Assembly (NCBI GenBank): GCA_016432325.1
Contig: CP066684.1
Coordinates: forward strand, 352,001 to 416,000
Origin: Candidatus Aenigmatarchaeota archaeon
Lineage (GTDB): Archaea; Aenigmatarchaeota; Aenigmatarchaeia; PWEA01; JACQIF01
Direction: 5' to 3'
DNA length: 64,000 bases
The notes below the pieces were generated by a model. The model worked only from the letters and a program-made list of their open reading frames with translations. It was not told the DNA's origin and did not search any database. Below, in pieces: positions 46,374-55,995 of the stretch; position 1 is the first letter of the stretch; each line of letters begins with the position of its first letter. Position numbers and translations under genes: made by a program.

Positions 46374-47324
46374 ATGGAGTTCTTCGCCGACAAGTCATAC
46401 GTGAGCCGTCTCCTGACAAACGCCGACAGGCCCGCATACGCCGTTGACGTGAACGGCCTGCTGGCGCCCCAGGGAAAAATGGCCGAACGCACGACTCTGT
46501 TGGCGTATTATAAAAAGATCGGCAGGAGCACGCTGGACGACGCCGTGATGAAGTTCCCGAGGAGTATGCTCATACGGGCTGGTCTTGTCAAGCCTTCGAG
46601 GGAAGAGCTGGAGATACTCGACCTCTACTACAAGAAGAGCGGCGTCTCCAAGAAGCGGGCCGTGTATGGCGACGCGCTCGACCCTACTCTCCAGTTGATG
46701 GGAGACGCGGCGCTGTTTCTCAGAGGCGAGCCCGCCGAACTGCTCGAAAGGGACATCAACGTGGGTTTCGTGATGAGCGCCATGTACGAAGAATCCAAGC
46801 CGTTCATAGAGGAGATAAGAAGCATCCCGCGAACGCGAGCCATGTTCGTCTCAGGAGGCACCCCCGGCCAGATAGTCCGGAGGATGGCAGAGGCGTGGCG
46901 TTACGACGACTATATCGCACCCGCACTGGAGATTAAGAACGGCAGGTTCACAGGACGATTCGAAGGCAGCTACCAGGATGCAATAAACCTGAGACTCTCA
47001 CGCGCCCTCTGGGAAGACGAGCAGCTGAGAGGAAAGGTCGAAGAAGTCCATCCTGACATGCTCGTCCTGTGGGGCCACGACGAGGAGGATGTGGAGAAAA
47101 GAGCCTTCCTTGACAAGCTGAACGAACCGAACAACTACGTTCTTTTCGGCGTCAGGCCCTATGCCAAAGGCGTTCCGAGAAAGATTCTCAAGAAAGAGGA
47201 AGAGGCATTTGACAGGATTGCCGGCGGATTCGACGTGGTTTTCGACGACCTTCCCGAAGCGACGAGCTTTCTGCACGAAATACGCATGGAGATACACAAG
47301 AAGGACGCGGCCGTAAAGCACTGA
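46374..47324 (+). CDS. Divergent HAD-fold (SerB-like) protein
   Basis: VDVNG, VSGG, LEIKNGRFTG, GHDEED. Confidence 0.55.
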   Translation: MEFFADKSYVSRLLTNADRPAYAVDVNGLLAPQGKMAERTTLLAYYKKIGRSTLDDAVMKFPRSMLIRAGLVKPSREELEILDLYYKKSGVSKKRAVYGDALDPTLQLMGDAALFLRGEPAELLERDINVGFVMSAMYEESKPFIEEIRSIPRTRAMFVSGGTPGQIVRRMAEAWRYDDYIAPALEIKNGRFTGRFEGSYQDAINLRLSRALWEDEQLRGKVEEVHPDMLVLWGHDEEDVEKRAFLDKLNEPNNYVLFGVRPYAKGVPRKILKKEEEAFDRIAGGFDVVFDDLPEATSFLHEIRMEIHKKDAAVKH

Positions 47325-48512
47325 TCACTTCGCCGCCGAAATTATCTCCACCACGTCCCCGTGCTTCAGCGCGTGCTCGCGACCGATGCGCTGGCGCGTG
47401 CGCACGTCCATCGCGTACAGGAAGTTCTTGGCGAAGTCCGTGTGTATGCGCGCGGCGAAATCATAAGCCGTCGTGCCGGGCGGCATCAGGAAACAGTCCG
47501 GCATCACTCGTCCTTCCGAATCCTCCAGCTTCCCGATGCCCCCGGGGAATATCGCGATATACTTCAGGAAATCGAAGACCGCGCGGTCGAGAACGTCCTG
47601 AACGCCTGTGGAACCGAAGCGGGCGAGCAGACTTTGTATCTTGTCAAGAGCCTCTTTCTGTTTCGTGTTGAGCTGCTTCTTTGTTTCGAACTTCCCCTCT
47701 CCCGGGTGGTATTCGACCAGCTCTCTCTTCGCCGCCTCGCGCAGCGCGAGTTCGGCGTCCGCGGCGCACGCTATTATCGTGTACGACGGGAACGCGTCGC
47801 GAAGGCGTTCAAGATTCTTCTCCGAGTCCGGCATGTCCATCTTGTTCGCGGCAATGAGAATCGGCTTCGTCTTCTTGCGCAGCTCTGTGGCGACGGTCTT
47901 CAGCTCCTCTTCTGTCCACTTGTCTATAGTCTTCTCGTGCAGGCGTGTTTTGTGCATGACGTCCTTGACGTGCTCGTCTGTGACGCGGAACGCGCCCATC
48001 TGTTTGACGAGCGTAGCCTCTGTCTTCTCTTTCGTCTGCACCGCGGTGCGCGCGAGCTTGTCCCAGCCTTTCTTCAGGATGCCGAGATACCAGAGGTCTA
48101 TTTCCTCTTCGAGGAAGCGCACGTCGTTGACAGGATCGTATCCCGTCGTCGCCTCGCCACGTTCATTCGTCATGCCGGAGGCATCGACGATATGCACCAG
48201 AACGTCGGCCTGGTTCAAATCGTTCAAAAACTGGTTCCCCAGTCCTTTCCCTTCGTGCGCGCCTGGCACGAGCCCTGCGACGTCTAGTAGTTCCACAGGC
48301 ACGTACCGCGTGCCGTCCTTGCAGTAACCGAAACGCGGGTTGCACTGCACTCCGAGGTCGCGGTCCGAGCACTTGACGCGCACGTAGCCGACGCCGCGGT
48401 TGGGTTTTATCGTGGTGAACGAGTAAGATGCGATCGCCACGTCTGCAAGCGTGACGGCCTTGAAGAACGTGCTCTTGCCGCACGAAGGCTTTCCTACGAT
48501 ACCGATGAGCAT
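47325..48512 (-). CDS. OBG-family GTPase (archaeal YchF/Ygr210-like) with TGS domain
   Basis: GKPSCGKST, FTTI.PN, DVAGLV, NKMD, IHTD. Confidence 0.92.
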   Translation of the reverse strand: MLIGIVGKPSCGKSTFFKAVTLADVAIASYSFTTIKPNRGVGYVRVKCSDRDLGVQCNPRFGYCKDGTRYVPVELLDVAGLVPGAHEGKGLGNQFLNDLNQADVLVHIVDASGMTNERGEATTGYDPVNDVRFLEEEIDLWYLGILKKGWDKLARTAVQTKEKTEATLVKQMGAFRVTDEHVKDVMHKTRLHEKTIDKWTEEELKTVATELRKKTKPILIAANKMDMPDSEKNLERLRDAFPSYTIIACAADAELALREAAKRELVEYHPGEGKFETKKQLNTKQKEALDKIQSLLARFGSTGVQDVLDRAVFDFLKYIAIFPGGIGKLEDSEGRVMPDCFLMPPGTTAYDFAARIHTDFAKNFLYAMDVRTRQRIGREHALKHGDVVEIISAAK

Positions 48513-48563
48513 ACACGACGTTCTGACGTCGATTATTTAAGCGATTGTTGAACAAGCATACGC

Positions 48564-49139
48564 ATGTGGCTAGTCGACGTCTTCCACAAGATGCGGCGCG
48601 GACCTCAGATTCTGACGCAGAAGGACATAGGACTCATACTCGGGATGACAGGCGTGTCGAGCCCGTGGCGCGTGGTCGAGGCCGGCTCAGGCTCAGGCGC
48701 GCTCACGATGTTTCTGGCGAATGCAGTGCAGCCCAAAGGTCGCGTCTACTCATACGACTGGCGCAGCGAACACCAGGAGATCGCCAAGGAGAACGTCAAA
48801 CGCGCCGGGCTCACGAAATACGTGGAGTTCATTCACGGCGACATCGCCGCAGGAATCGAACAAAAGGACGTTGACATGGTTGTTCTGGATTTGGCAGAAC
48901 CTTGGCTGGTAGTGCCGCATGCCGAACGCGCACTGAAGGAAGGGAGCTTCTTCGTGTCTTACGTGCCGACGTTCGAGCAGATGAAGGAAACAGTGACGAC
49001 GCTCAGAGGCCACAGGTTCACGCGAGCGAAGGCGTACGACTATTCGATGCGCGAGTATCAAGTGGAAGAGAACGCCACGCGGCCCGAGAACATGGGCCTC
49101 GTGCACACAGGATTCCTTATATTCGCACGAAGAATCTAG
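48564..49139 (+). CDS. trmI: tRNA (adenine-N1)-methyltransferase TrmI, copy 2 (short)
   Basis: RRGPQ...KDIG, EAGSGSG, LDLAEPW, TRP...HTGFL. Confidence 0.88.
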   Translation: MWLVDVFHKMRRGPQILTQKDIGLILGMTGVSSPWRVVEAGSGSGALTMFLANAVQPKGRVYSYDWRSEHQEIAKENVKRAGLTKYVEFIHGDIAAGIEQKDVDMVVLDLAEPWLVVPHAERALKEGSFFVSYVPTFEQMKETVTTLRGHRFTRAKAYDYSMREYQVEENATRPENMGLVHTGFLIFARRI

Positions 49140-49825
49140 CCGGCCGCGTCGCCGCTTTTCATCCGCTTTCCGAGGATTTTCTTTATGTGGGGCAGCGTAT
49201 CGTCGTACACGTGCGCGCTGGTGGAGAACGTTGAAATGGCGCCGAGACGCGCTCCGAGCTTGCCCGCGACGTACTTCTGCAGGACGTACGTCTGATAGAT
49301 ATTCGCGGGCCAGCCGAAGAACATGTCGTTGCTTCTTATGAACGCAGTCGCGTTCAGGGCTCCTTCGCGCAGCTTGAAGTCGAAGGCTACTATGCCCGGC
49401 ATCTCCCGCCCGCTTGCCTGCGAATCATGCCGCGTGTCCCACGTCAGCAGAACGGCTCGTCCCGTCTCCGGACGATTCTTGAGCAACGGTATCAGAAAGT
49501 CGTCCACCTGGTTTTTGCTGTCAACGTTGAAGAGTCTGGGGCCGTATGTGTAAATGTAGTTCCTAGTTTTGCCCGTGGGCATGACGCACTCCTCTATCTC
49601 CTCCAGCGAAGGATACACCCACCTTCCCAGCGAGTTTAGGGCGGTTATCGGTTCCTCTATCCTCTTTGCAACCTGAAGGACTGTCACGAGCAGATTGAGG
49701 CAGTCTATCGAATCCCTTTGCCTGTGGTGCACCGGTTTGCCGTGCTGCATCACGTACGCGAGCACGCTCTTCCACGCCTTCAATGCGTCTTGTGATATGA
49801 TCTCCAATGGAAACGCCTCACGCAA
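49136..49825 (-). CDS. Thymidylate-synthase-like protein lacking the catalytic Cys
   Basis: YTYG.RL, NQ, RA...WD, MPGI (PC to PG), RSND, AN, SAHVY; TTG 49807 is an alternative start. Confidence 0.8.
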   Translation of the reverse strand: MREAFPLEIISQDALKAWKSVLAYVMQHGKPVHHRQRDSIDCLNLLVTVLQVAKRIEEPITALNSLGRWVYPSLEEIEECVMPTGKTRNYIYTYGPRLFNVDSKNQVDDFLIPLLKNRPETGRAVLLTWDTRHDSQASGREMPGIVAFDFKLREGALNATAFIRSNDMFFGWPANIYQTYVLQKYVAGKLGARLGAISTFSTSAHVYDDTLPHIKKILGKRMKSGDAAG

Positions 49826-51419
49826 ACGTCTGCAGATTCTTCAGTTCGCCTTTGGGCGCGTCGGCCTCGTATGCGAAGAAAGGCAGCCTGTAAGTACTCA
49901 GCAGTATGTTCACTTCTCTAAGCGCCTCCTCTGGATTTGACTCGCCTTTCTTATGCAGAGTCATCTGGAAGCCGCCGCCTAACATGTCCGACAGCAGTTC
50001 TTTCGAGCGCACGTTCTCCCGGAAGCCGTCGGAATGGAAGTCTCTGAGAGACGAAATCTCGAGACGGTCGCGGTTCAACGGAGTTGAGAAGAGACCTGCC
50101 GGCGTCGACGGGTTAACCATCGAGAAAACGGCCTGGAAGCGTGTTGGCATGCCGCACGACACGTAAATGTCCTCTTGGCTCGTGCAGAACGCGCGCGTAC
50201 GCTTGCGCATTATCCTGAAGACGCCCTCCATCACGCCCGAGTCGTACGCAGTCCGCAAGAAATCGTAGTTCCAGAAGCGTATGTAGTCCCTTGCTATCAT
50301 AAGAGCGTCCCTGCCGCCTGAGAGGTTGAGCAGGTGCTTGAAGCACGCGTCTGTCCTGCGCGCCTGCATCGAACTGGCGGAGAAGAGCGTTTTGAGAGTT
50401 CTGTGCATCAGGTCTTCAAACGCGTTGAATGAAAACTCCGCAGACTCGCAGAACTTCTTTATGTCCACCATGAGAGTCGTCTGGGCCGCGACCAGCGCCT
50501 TCGGCTGTTTGTCCAATGCCAGCCATTCCGCGTCGTCGAACGTGTAAGGCCCCGCCTTGCCCATCAAATATGGGGATTTCACAATATCCTTGTTCTTGAA
50601 GAAGACCTTCCTGGCCTTGTAGACGTTGAAGACCTCCTCGAAAAATTCGTAGTTGCCCTGAAGTTCTTTCGTGCTGGTTTCAAAGATGAACTTCACCGTG
50701 TGTTCAGCCGGAGCGTTCATCTTGAGCATCTGCAAAAGCCTCTGCCTGCCCTGCGGGCTGAGCTGCGACGGATCGACGATTACACTGAACCGGCGGTCGA
50801 AGTCCTTGCAGTCCACAAGCATCCGCTTGCAGAACTCGACCAGCTTTTCCGCCGAGTTCGCGTTGACGTGATTGGTGAAGTTGTTGACCGCGATGACGTC
50901 GTTTATCTCCGAGTAGAGGGGAGCCGCGGCCCTGTAGAGGGAAGAGAGGTCCTCCATGTCAAGCACGACGGCGTTTGCGCTGTCAAGCCAAGCCTCGCCC
51001 CCGAAACGGACGGCTATCTTCTTTTCCTCAAACGCCCCCGTGGGAAGGTTTGCGACGCGCGGCTTAGACAAAACGAGACGCCTCTTCCTATAGTCTCCGA
51101 AGACTATCTCCTCGTCCCCGTCGATGTCAAGCGCGTAGTATTTCTCGCCGCTCGTGTCCGTCCGCGTAACGCGCACCAGCTCTTTCTCGATAAGCCTGTT
51201 CAGATGGTAGAGGACGCGCCTGTGAAGCTGGGCCTTCATGCCCTTGGCCCTCCTGACTTCCTGAGGTGGCACGTATTGGCTTGTCAGGACCTTGTCTATC
51301 CTGGAGAATTCGTCTGCGTAAACGACGGAAGCAACATCCGACGTGGACATCCCTTCCTGCCTTCCCCTGAAAGCCAGCAGGACGTCTTGAGAACGCTTTT
51401 CCTTCACGATCCCCACCAA
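49818..51419 (-). CDS. Large hypothetical protein with N-terminal winged-HTH-like domain
   Basis: MSTSDVA...LHRRVLYHLNRLIEKELVRV...GEKYY; overlaps the ThyA-like gene. Confidence 0.7.
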   Translation of the reverse strand: MVGIVKEKRSQDVLLAFRGRQEGMSTSDVASVVYADEFSRIDKVLTSQYVPPQEVRRAKGMKAQLHRRVLYHLNRLIEKELVRVTRTDTSGEKYYALDIDGDEEIVFGDYRKRRLVLSKPRVANLPTGAFEEKKIAVRFGGEAWLDSANAVVLDMEDLSSLYRAAAPLYSEINDVIAVNNFTNHVNANSAEKLVEFCKRMLVDCKDFDRRFSVIVDPSQLSPQGRQRLLQMLKMNAPAEHTVKFIFETSTKELQGNYEFFEEVFNVYKARKVFFKNKDIVKSPYLMGKAGPYTFDDAEWLALDKQPKALVAAQTTLMVDIKKFCESAEFSFNAFEDLMHRTLKTLFSASSMQARRTDACFKHLLNLSGGRDALMIARDYIRFWNYDFLRTAYDSGVMEGVFRIMRKRTRAFCTSQEDIYVSCGMPTRFQAVFSMVNPSTPAGLFSTPLNRDRLEISSLRDFHSDGFRENVRSKELLSDMLGGGFQMTLHKKGESNPEEALREVNILLSTYRLPFFAYEADAPKGELKNLQTFA

Positions 51420-51434
51420 CGTTGCTTTCTGTAT

Positions 51435-51550
51435 AACCCTGAAGCTATTTAATCCCCGTTTCAGGATAATCCTGACACAGTTGTACTTTATTCTGACACG
51501 CTGAAAACAGAAGCGCTCCGTTCAGGGTTTCGTAGTATCGTGTCAGGATA
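51435..51550. promoter_or_regulatory. Candidate operator cluster ATYCTGACAC (two direct, one inverted)
   Basis: 51469-51478, 51490-51500, inverted 51539-51550; palindrome TCAGGATAATCCTGA. Confidence 0.45.
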
Positions 51551-51595
51551 GCTCTTGCGGCGGGCATTAAGTGCGTCCCTGATGCAGAAGGAGGC

Positions 51596-52210
51596 GTGCC
51601 AGCCGTATCAGAATCGTTTGATGCAATCGGCCTCTCCGAATACGAAGGGCGGGCATATGCTGCTCTTTTGAGGGTTCCCGAAGCCACGGGCCCGTGGGTG
51701 GCTCGCTCCTCGGGAGTGCCCCTTTCCAAAATCTACGAAGTCATGGCCCGCCTTGCAGAGAAAGGATTTGCCCTCTGCGGGCCTGACGCCAAGCCGAGAA
51801 AATACAAGGCAGTAGATCCTTCGATATCAATTGAGGCATTTGTAGAGGCCAGGAAATCGCGTCTCGAGAATGCGAAGACCCTTCTTCTCGCAAGGCTCTC
51901 CACGAAGATGTCCAGCGAGCAGGACAGGAGCATCTGGATTGTGAAGGGCCAGTACGCTGTTGAAACTCTCATGACATCGCTCATAAGGAAAGCCTCGAAT
52001 AGCGTCGTCTACAGGCATTCCTCGGACAGGAACAAATTCGTTCGCGCCAGACTCGAGGAGGTCGCTGCAAAAGGCATTGCCGTGGATTCCAAGCCGAGCG
52101 AGACGACGGCTAACCTTCTGAACGTGGACGGCCGCGAGTTGCTCGTGTACGCAAGCAAAGGCGAAGTGCTCTGGATACGCGATCCGCGCTACCTCAGGCG
52201 AGGCGAATAG
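51596..52210 (+). CDS. TrmB family transcriptional regulator
   Basis: GLSEYEGRAY.ALL, SGVP.SKIYEV...L..KG, PRKYKAVDP. Confidence 0.88.
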   Translation: MPAVSESFDAIGLSEYEGRAYAALLRVPEATGPWVARSSGVPLSKIYEVMARLAEKGFALCGPDAKPRKYKAVDPSISIEAFVEARKSRLENAKTLLLARLSTKMSSEQDRSIWIVKGQYAVETLMTSLIRKASNSVVYRHSSDRNKFVRARLEEVAAKGIAVDSKPSETTANLLNVDGRELLVYASKGEVLWIRDPRYLRRGE

Positions 52211-52241
52211 GTTTTTATACTGCGGCAACCAAACCGCTCTC

Positions 52242-52913
52242 ATGGTCTTTGGAACGCTCAAGAAACTGGTCGGGGGCAAGAAGGAACCGCAGGGCCCGCC
52301 TGTCAGGCCTATCCTCGAATCCAGACCGAGACATCTTCCCCCCGAAGCCGCGCGCATACCCACGCTCGAAGACATTCCCGGCATGCAAGGCCCTCCTGAA
52401 ATTCCTGAGCCTCCTCTGACGCCTTCCATGCAAGGACGGTTTGGAACAACAGTTCCAGAGCCTCCCATGGCTCCTACAATGCAGGGATTGCGTGGAACGC
52501 TTGGCTCGGAATCCCAAATGGCGCCGCAGTCCTCTCCTTTCGAAACGTCTTCTGCAGAACCTCCTTTGCCACCGCAGATGGAGGAACGCAGGAAGCAGAG
52601 AATCGAAACGTTCAGGCGTTCGCGCGAACCGCTTCAATGGCCGCCTCCCCCGGAAGGGAGGTTCGGAACAGCTGTTCCGATGGTCGCGTCAGCGCCTTCA
52701 TCGGAATGGGCTCCGACTCCTTCTCCTGTCACACCACCACAGCAGTGGCCTGCCCCGCAGCAACAGGCTCCGCCCGAACGTCTGCAAAGACGACCGCAAA
52801 CGGTCGAAGGAGGCCTCGCAACAGTCATAGACCATCTCGATCGCATCGAGCAGAGGATAATCGATCTGGACAGGCGGCTCGCGATGTTGGAGAGCGCGGC
52901 AAGGATACGCTAG
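52242..52913 (+). CDS. Proline-rich protein with C-terminal coiled coil
   Basis: Internal repeats PEPP..P.MQG and GRFGT.VP; heptad C-terminus. Confidence 0.7.
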   Translation: MVFGTLKKLVGGKKEPQGPPVRPILESRPRHLPPEAARIPTLEDIPGMQGPPEIPEPPLTPSMQGRFGTTVPEPPMAPTMQGLRGTLGSESQMAPQSSPFETSSAEPPLPPQMEERRKQRIETFRRSREPLQWPPPPEGRFGTAVPMVASAPSSEWAPTPSPVTPPQQWPAPQQQAPPERLQRRPQTVEGGLATVIDHLDRIEQRIIDLDRRLAMLESAARIR

Positions 52914-53116
52914 CGTCTGGCCGTCCTGCGGACGATGATTGAAAACACCGCGCCCAGAGGAGGCACGAGAATGGCCTGCATCCCGACCCACGCCAGATAT
53001 TGGTCCCACGTTGTCTTTACTACGAACAACATGTAAGGTGGCAGCATGACTGTCCAGTAGACGAAGGACATGAGCGCGTCCTTGGCAAACTGCTTCGCGA
53101 ATTCCTTCCGAATCAT
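52910..53116 (-). CDS. Small two-TM membrane protein
   Basis: ATGA-coupled to upstream gene; hydrophobic. Confidence 0.6.
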   Translation of the reverse strand: MIRKEFAKQFAKDALMSFVYWTVMLPPYMLFVVKTTWDQYLAWVGMQAILVPPLGAVFSIIVRRTARR

Positions 53117-53613
53117 TCGAAGACGACCTCCGCCTTCTTTCCCGTGACCGCGCGGACTATCGCTTCCACTTCTTCCTTGCGCAATTGCGGAGGGGCGCTC
53201 CTGCGCTTCACGCGGAGTTTGTAACGTTCACCGTCTGCGCCAAATACCTTGTTTATTCCAACCAACGTGGTTTTTCCCAGAAGTTCCTTCGCAACGTCCT
53301 CCACGGTTCCTTCTTCCACTATCTTGATGCGCTTGCCGAGCCTTTCCTGCAGCGTCGTTATAATCGTGCCTCCCTTGCCTATCATCTTTCCCGCGACTCC
53401 CTTCGGCACAATGAGCAGGATTATGTTATCCACTTCGCGCGCAGACTTGAACCCTCCGGCTTCTATGGACTTGAACTTGTCTTTTAGCGAGTACAGGATA
53501 CGCGATATCTCAATCTCCGTGTGCGTTATCTCGCCAGTATCAAGCTTGCGCTGGCAACCCGCGCAGAGTATGTCCTCGTTTTTCAAACAGACTTCGCAGA
53601 GGGGTGATTTCAT
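53113..53613 (-). CDS. Archaeal NusA-like KH-domain protein with N-terminal Zn finger
   Basis: PLCEVC...LCAGC, IGKGG KH motif. Confidence 0.8.
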   Translation of the reverse strand: MKSPLCEVCLKNEDILCAGCQRKLDTGEITHTEIEISRILYSLKDKFKSIEAGGFKSAREVDNIILLIVPKGVAGKMIGKGGTIITTLQERLGKRIKIVEEGTVEDVAKELLGKTTLVGINKVFGADGERYKLRVKRRSAPPQLRKEEVEAIVRAVTGKKAEVVFE

Positions 53614-53663
53614 GCCTGATGTGAGCGAACAACGTTTATATGCGTTTGCGCGAGCGTCTTCTC

Positions 53664-53912
53664 ATGCCCTCCACAGAAGAACAACTTAAAACGGAAATCA
53701 AGAAATGGACTGCGCGTCTCGACGACTCCCTGATGAACACGCGCGGGACGACTCAAAAAGGAGTTGAATTTCTCACGAACGTCAAGGCGTACCAAGAAGA
53801 CTCCCTTCATTTCATGGAACGCGGCGACCTCGTCCGCGCGTTCGAGGCGCTGCTGTGGGCATGGGCCTATCTGTCCATAGCGAAGGAACTAGAGATGGTG
53901 ATGGAGAAGTAG
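53664..53912 (+). CDS. DUF357 family protein
   Basis: AY..DS.HF..GDLV.AFEA..WAWA.L. Confidence 0.8.
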   Translation: MPSTEEQLKTEIKKWTARLDDSLMNTRGTTQKGVEFLTNVKAYQEDSLHFMERGDLVRAFEALLWAWAYLSIAKELEMVMEK

Positions 53913-53919
53913 TTGTGAA

Positions 53920-53938
53920 GCAGGGCTTCGCGCCCTGC
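53920..53938. terminator. GC-rich hairpin between convergent genes
   Basis: GCAGGGC-TTCGC-GCCCTGC. Confidence 0.4.
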
Positions 53939-53957
53939 TCCGTTTCTTATGCGGCGT

Positions 53958-54386
53958 TTAAACGTCCAGAACCACGAAAGCCTGCCAGCCTTCGCGCGTT
54001 CGTTCGACACGGAACATGTGGTATGTGATTGCCTTCACGTCCACAGAAAGGTCGTGTCTCTTCGAATCCAGCTTTTCTCCGTAGAGCGTGGCTTTGCATG
54101 CGATTTCGCTTATCTCGTCTATCTTAATCTTGCCGAACAGTAGGCGCTCCGCGTCTTTGAGGAACACGAACTCCTGCAGGAAGTTGAACATCAGGTTCTC
54201 GACGTCAGAACCCTCGACGTCTACGGTCTTCGTGACCTTCGTGTGCACGCTCGCGAGGTTGCGGACCATCGTATTCGTCACGGCCAAACCCGCGGATTCA
54301 AAAAGTTCCTTCAGGTCTTTTCCCGAAGCTTCGAATGCAACGTCGGCGAGCGAGACGTCTTCTACGAAATGATATGACATGGTCAT
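53958..54386 (-). CDS. Archease
   Basis: ADVAFEASG, DVKAITYH, VLDV C-terminus; coupled to rtcB. Confidence 0.92.
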   Translation of the reverse strand: MTMSYHFVEDVSLADVAFEASGKDLKELFESAGLAVTNTMVRNLASVHTKVTKTVDVEGSDVENLMFNFLQEFVFLKDAERLLFGKIKIDEISEIACKATLYGEKLDSKRHDLSVDVKAITYHMFRVERTREGWQAFVVLDV

Positions 54387-55936
54387 CCCTTCACGTTGCC
54401 CACAGGGATGAGACGCACCACAGGCTTCGAAATGTCTGCCTTTGCCGTGGCGTCGATGACCTCATCGATGTCCTTGTAAGCGAATCCGGCCTCCTCGGCG
54501 AGGCCCGAGTATGACACGGACTTCACGTAGATTCCTTTCTTTATCATCGGATTTATGACCAGTTCTTCCACTTTTCTTCTCTCTATTGCTCGGGCCTTGT
54601 CTCTCGGCATGTCTCTGGTGTTTCCCACAATCTCGCGTATGGCGCGCGTGCGGGACATCGTGCGCCCCGCGCCGTGGGCCGTCGAACCAAACGTCTGTTC
54701 TTCGGCGCCCTTGGTTCCGACAAGCAGGTACGAACCGGTTTCCATGGACCCGCCGATTATAACGGGCTGGCCTATGTCGCGGTACGCTTTCGGAATATTA
54801 GGGTTTCCCGGGCCGAGAGAACGCGTCGCGCCCTTTCGGTGTATCAGAAGCTTCTTTTTCTTGCCGTCGACCTCGTACTCCTCCAGCTTCGCCGTGTTGT
54901 GAGCCACGTCGTATATCTGTCTCATGCCAAGCGCCTCGGCGTCCTTTCCGAAGATTTGAGCGAAGGCCTCGCGAATCCTGTGCGCTATCATCTGGCGGTT
55001 CGCAAAGCTGAAGTTGATGCCGCACTTCATGGCGGCGAAGTAGTCCTGTCCCTCTTTCGACGTGAAAGGCGCGCAAGCCAGTTCGCGGTCAAGAATCTTG
55101 ATGCCGTACTTGCTCTCCATCACGCTCAGGAAGAGCTGCAGGTAGTCCGTAGCCACCTGATGGCCGAAACCGCGCGAACCGCAGTGGAACATCACGACCA
55201 CTTGTCCGGGGAATATTCCGAGTTTCTTCGCGTACTCCTCGTCGAAGATGTTCTCCTTCTTCACGACCTGTATCTCAAGATAGTGGTTGCCGGAGCCGAG
55301 CGTTCCGACCTGACCGAGCCCGCGCTTAACGGCTTTGTCGCTGACACGCGACTCGTCGGCTCCCTCGGCATTGCCTTCCTCCTCTGTGACGGCTAGGTCT
55401 TCCTTCCAGCCGTATCCCTTCTCGACGCACCATTCCGCGCCGCTGCTTATCATCTCCCTGAACTGACCGTGGCTCAGCTTGGCAAACCCCGCCGCGTCGT
55501 CAAAGGCCGCGGAGCCGACTCCCGCAGGCACGCGGTCATAGAGGAGATTCACGAGCTGCTTCAGCTTGGGCTCGACGTCTTTCCATGTCAAGTCCGTCCT
55601 GAGAAGACGCATGCCGCAGTTGATGTCGAATCCTATTCCTCCGGGAGAGATGACGCCGCCGTTTTCAATATCCATCGCGGCGACGCCTCCTATAGGGAAG
55701 CCGTACCCGGAGTGGCCGTCGGGCATGCACATAGCGGCGCGCACAATTCCGGGAAGAGTGGCGACGTTCGTTATCTGATCAAAGACATGGGCGTCCATCT
55801 CACCGAGAAGTTTTTTTGTGGTAAACACCTGCGCAGGCACGCGCATGCCCTGCTTGAAGGACGTGGGCACCTCCCAAATCACATCGCTTATGCGATTGAA
55901 ATCCGGCTTCTTGAACTCCCTGTCGTGGAAAGACAT
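54383..55936 (-). CDS. rtcB: tRNA-splicing ligase RtcB
   Basis: MPDGHSGYGFPIGG, GFDINCG, GSGNHYLE, HCGSRG, HRKGAT, HGAGR, AYKDI. Confidence 0.96.
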   Translation of the reverse strand: MSFHDREFKKPDFNRISDVIWEVPTSFKQGMRVPAQVFTTKKLLGEMDAHVFDQITNVATLPGIVRAAMCMPDGHSGYGFPIGGVAAMDIENGGVISPGGIGFDINCGMRLLRTDLTWKDVEPKLKQLVNLLYDRVPAGVGSAAFDDAAGFAKLSHGQFREMISSGAEWCVEKGYGWKEDLAVTEEEGNAEGADESRVSDKAVKRGLGQVGTLGSGNHYLEIQVVKKENIFDEEYAKKLGIFPGQVVVMFHCGSRGFGHQVATDYLQLFLSVMESKYGIKILDRELACAPFTSKEGQDYFAAMKCGINFSFANRQMIAHRIREAFAQIFGKDAEALGMRQIYDVAHNTAKLEEYEVDGKKKKLLIHRKGATRSLGPGNPNIPKAYRDIGQPVIIGGSMETGSYLLVGTKGAEEQTFGSTAHGAGRTMSRTRAIREIVGNTRDMPRDKARAIERRKVEELVINPMIKKGIYVKSVSYSGLAEEAGFAYKDIDEVIDATAKADISKPVVRLIPVGNVKG

Positions 55937-55995
55937 TTTATCCCTTTCGATATTCGATGACATGCTTAAATACGCGGGTGGAGTCTCCGTTTCAC

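Noticed and set aside
54560-54640. About 20-aa insertion in RtcB (RAIRE...RAIER) as an intein or element copy
   Set aside because: No intein motifs or core palindrome; similarity too weak.
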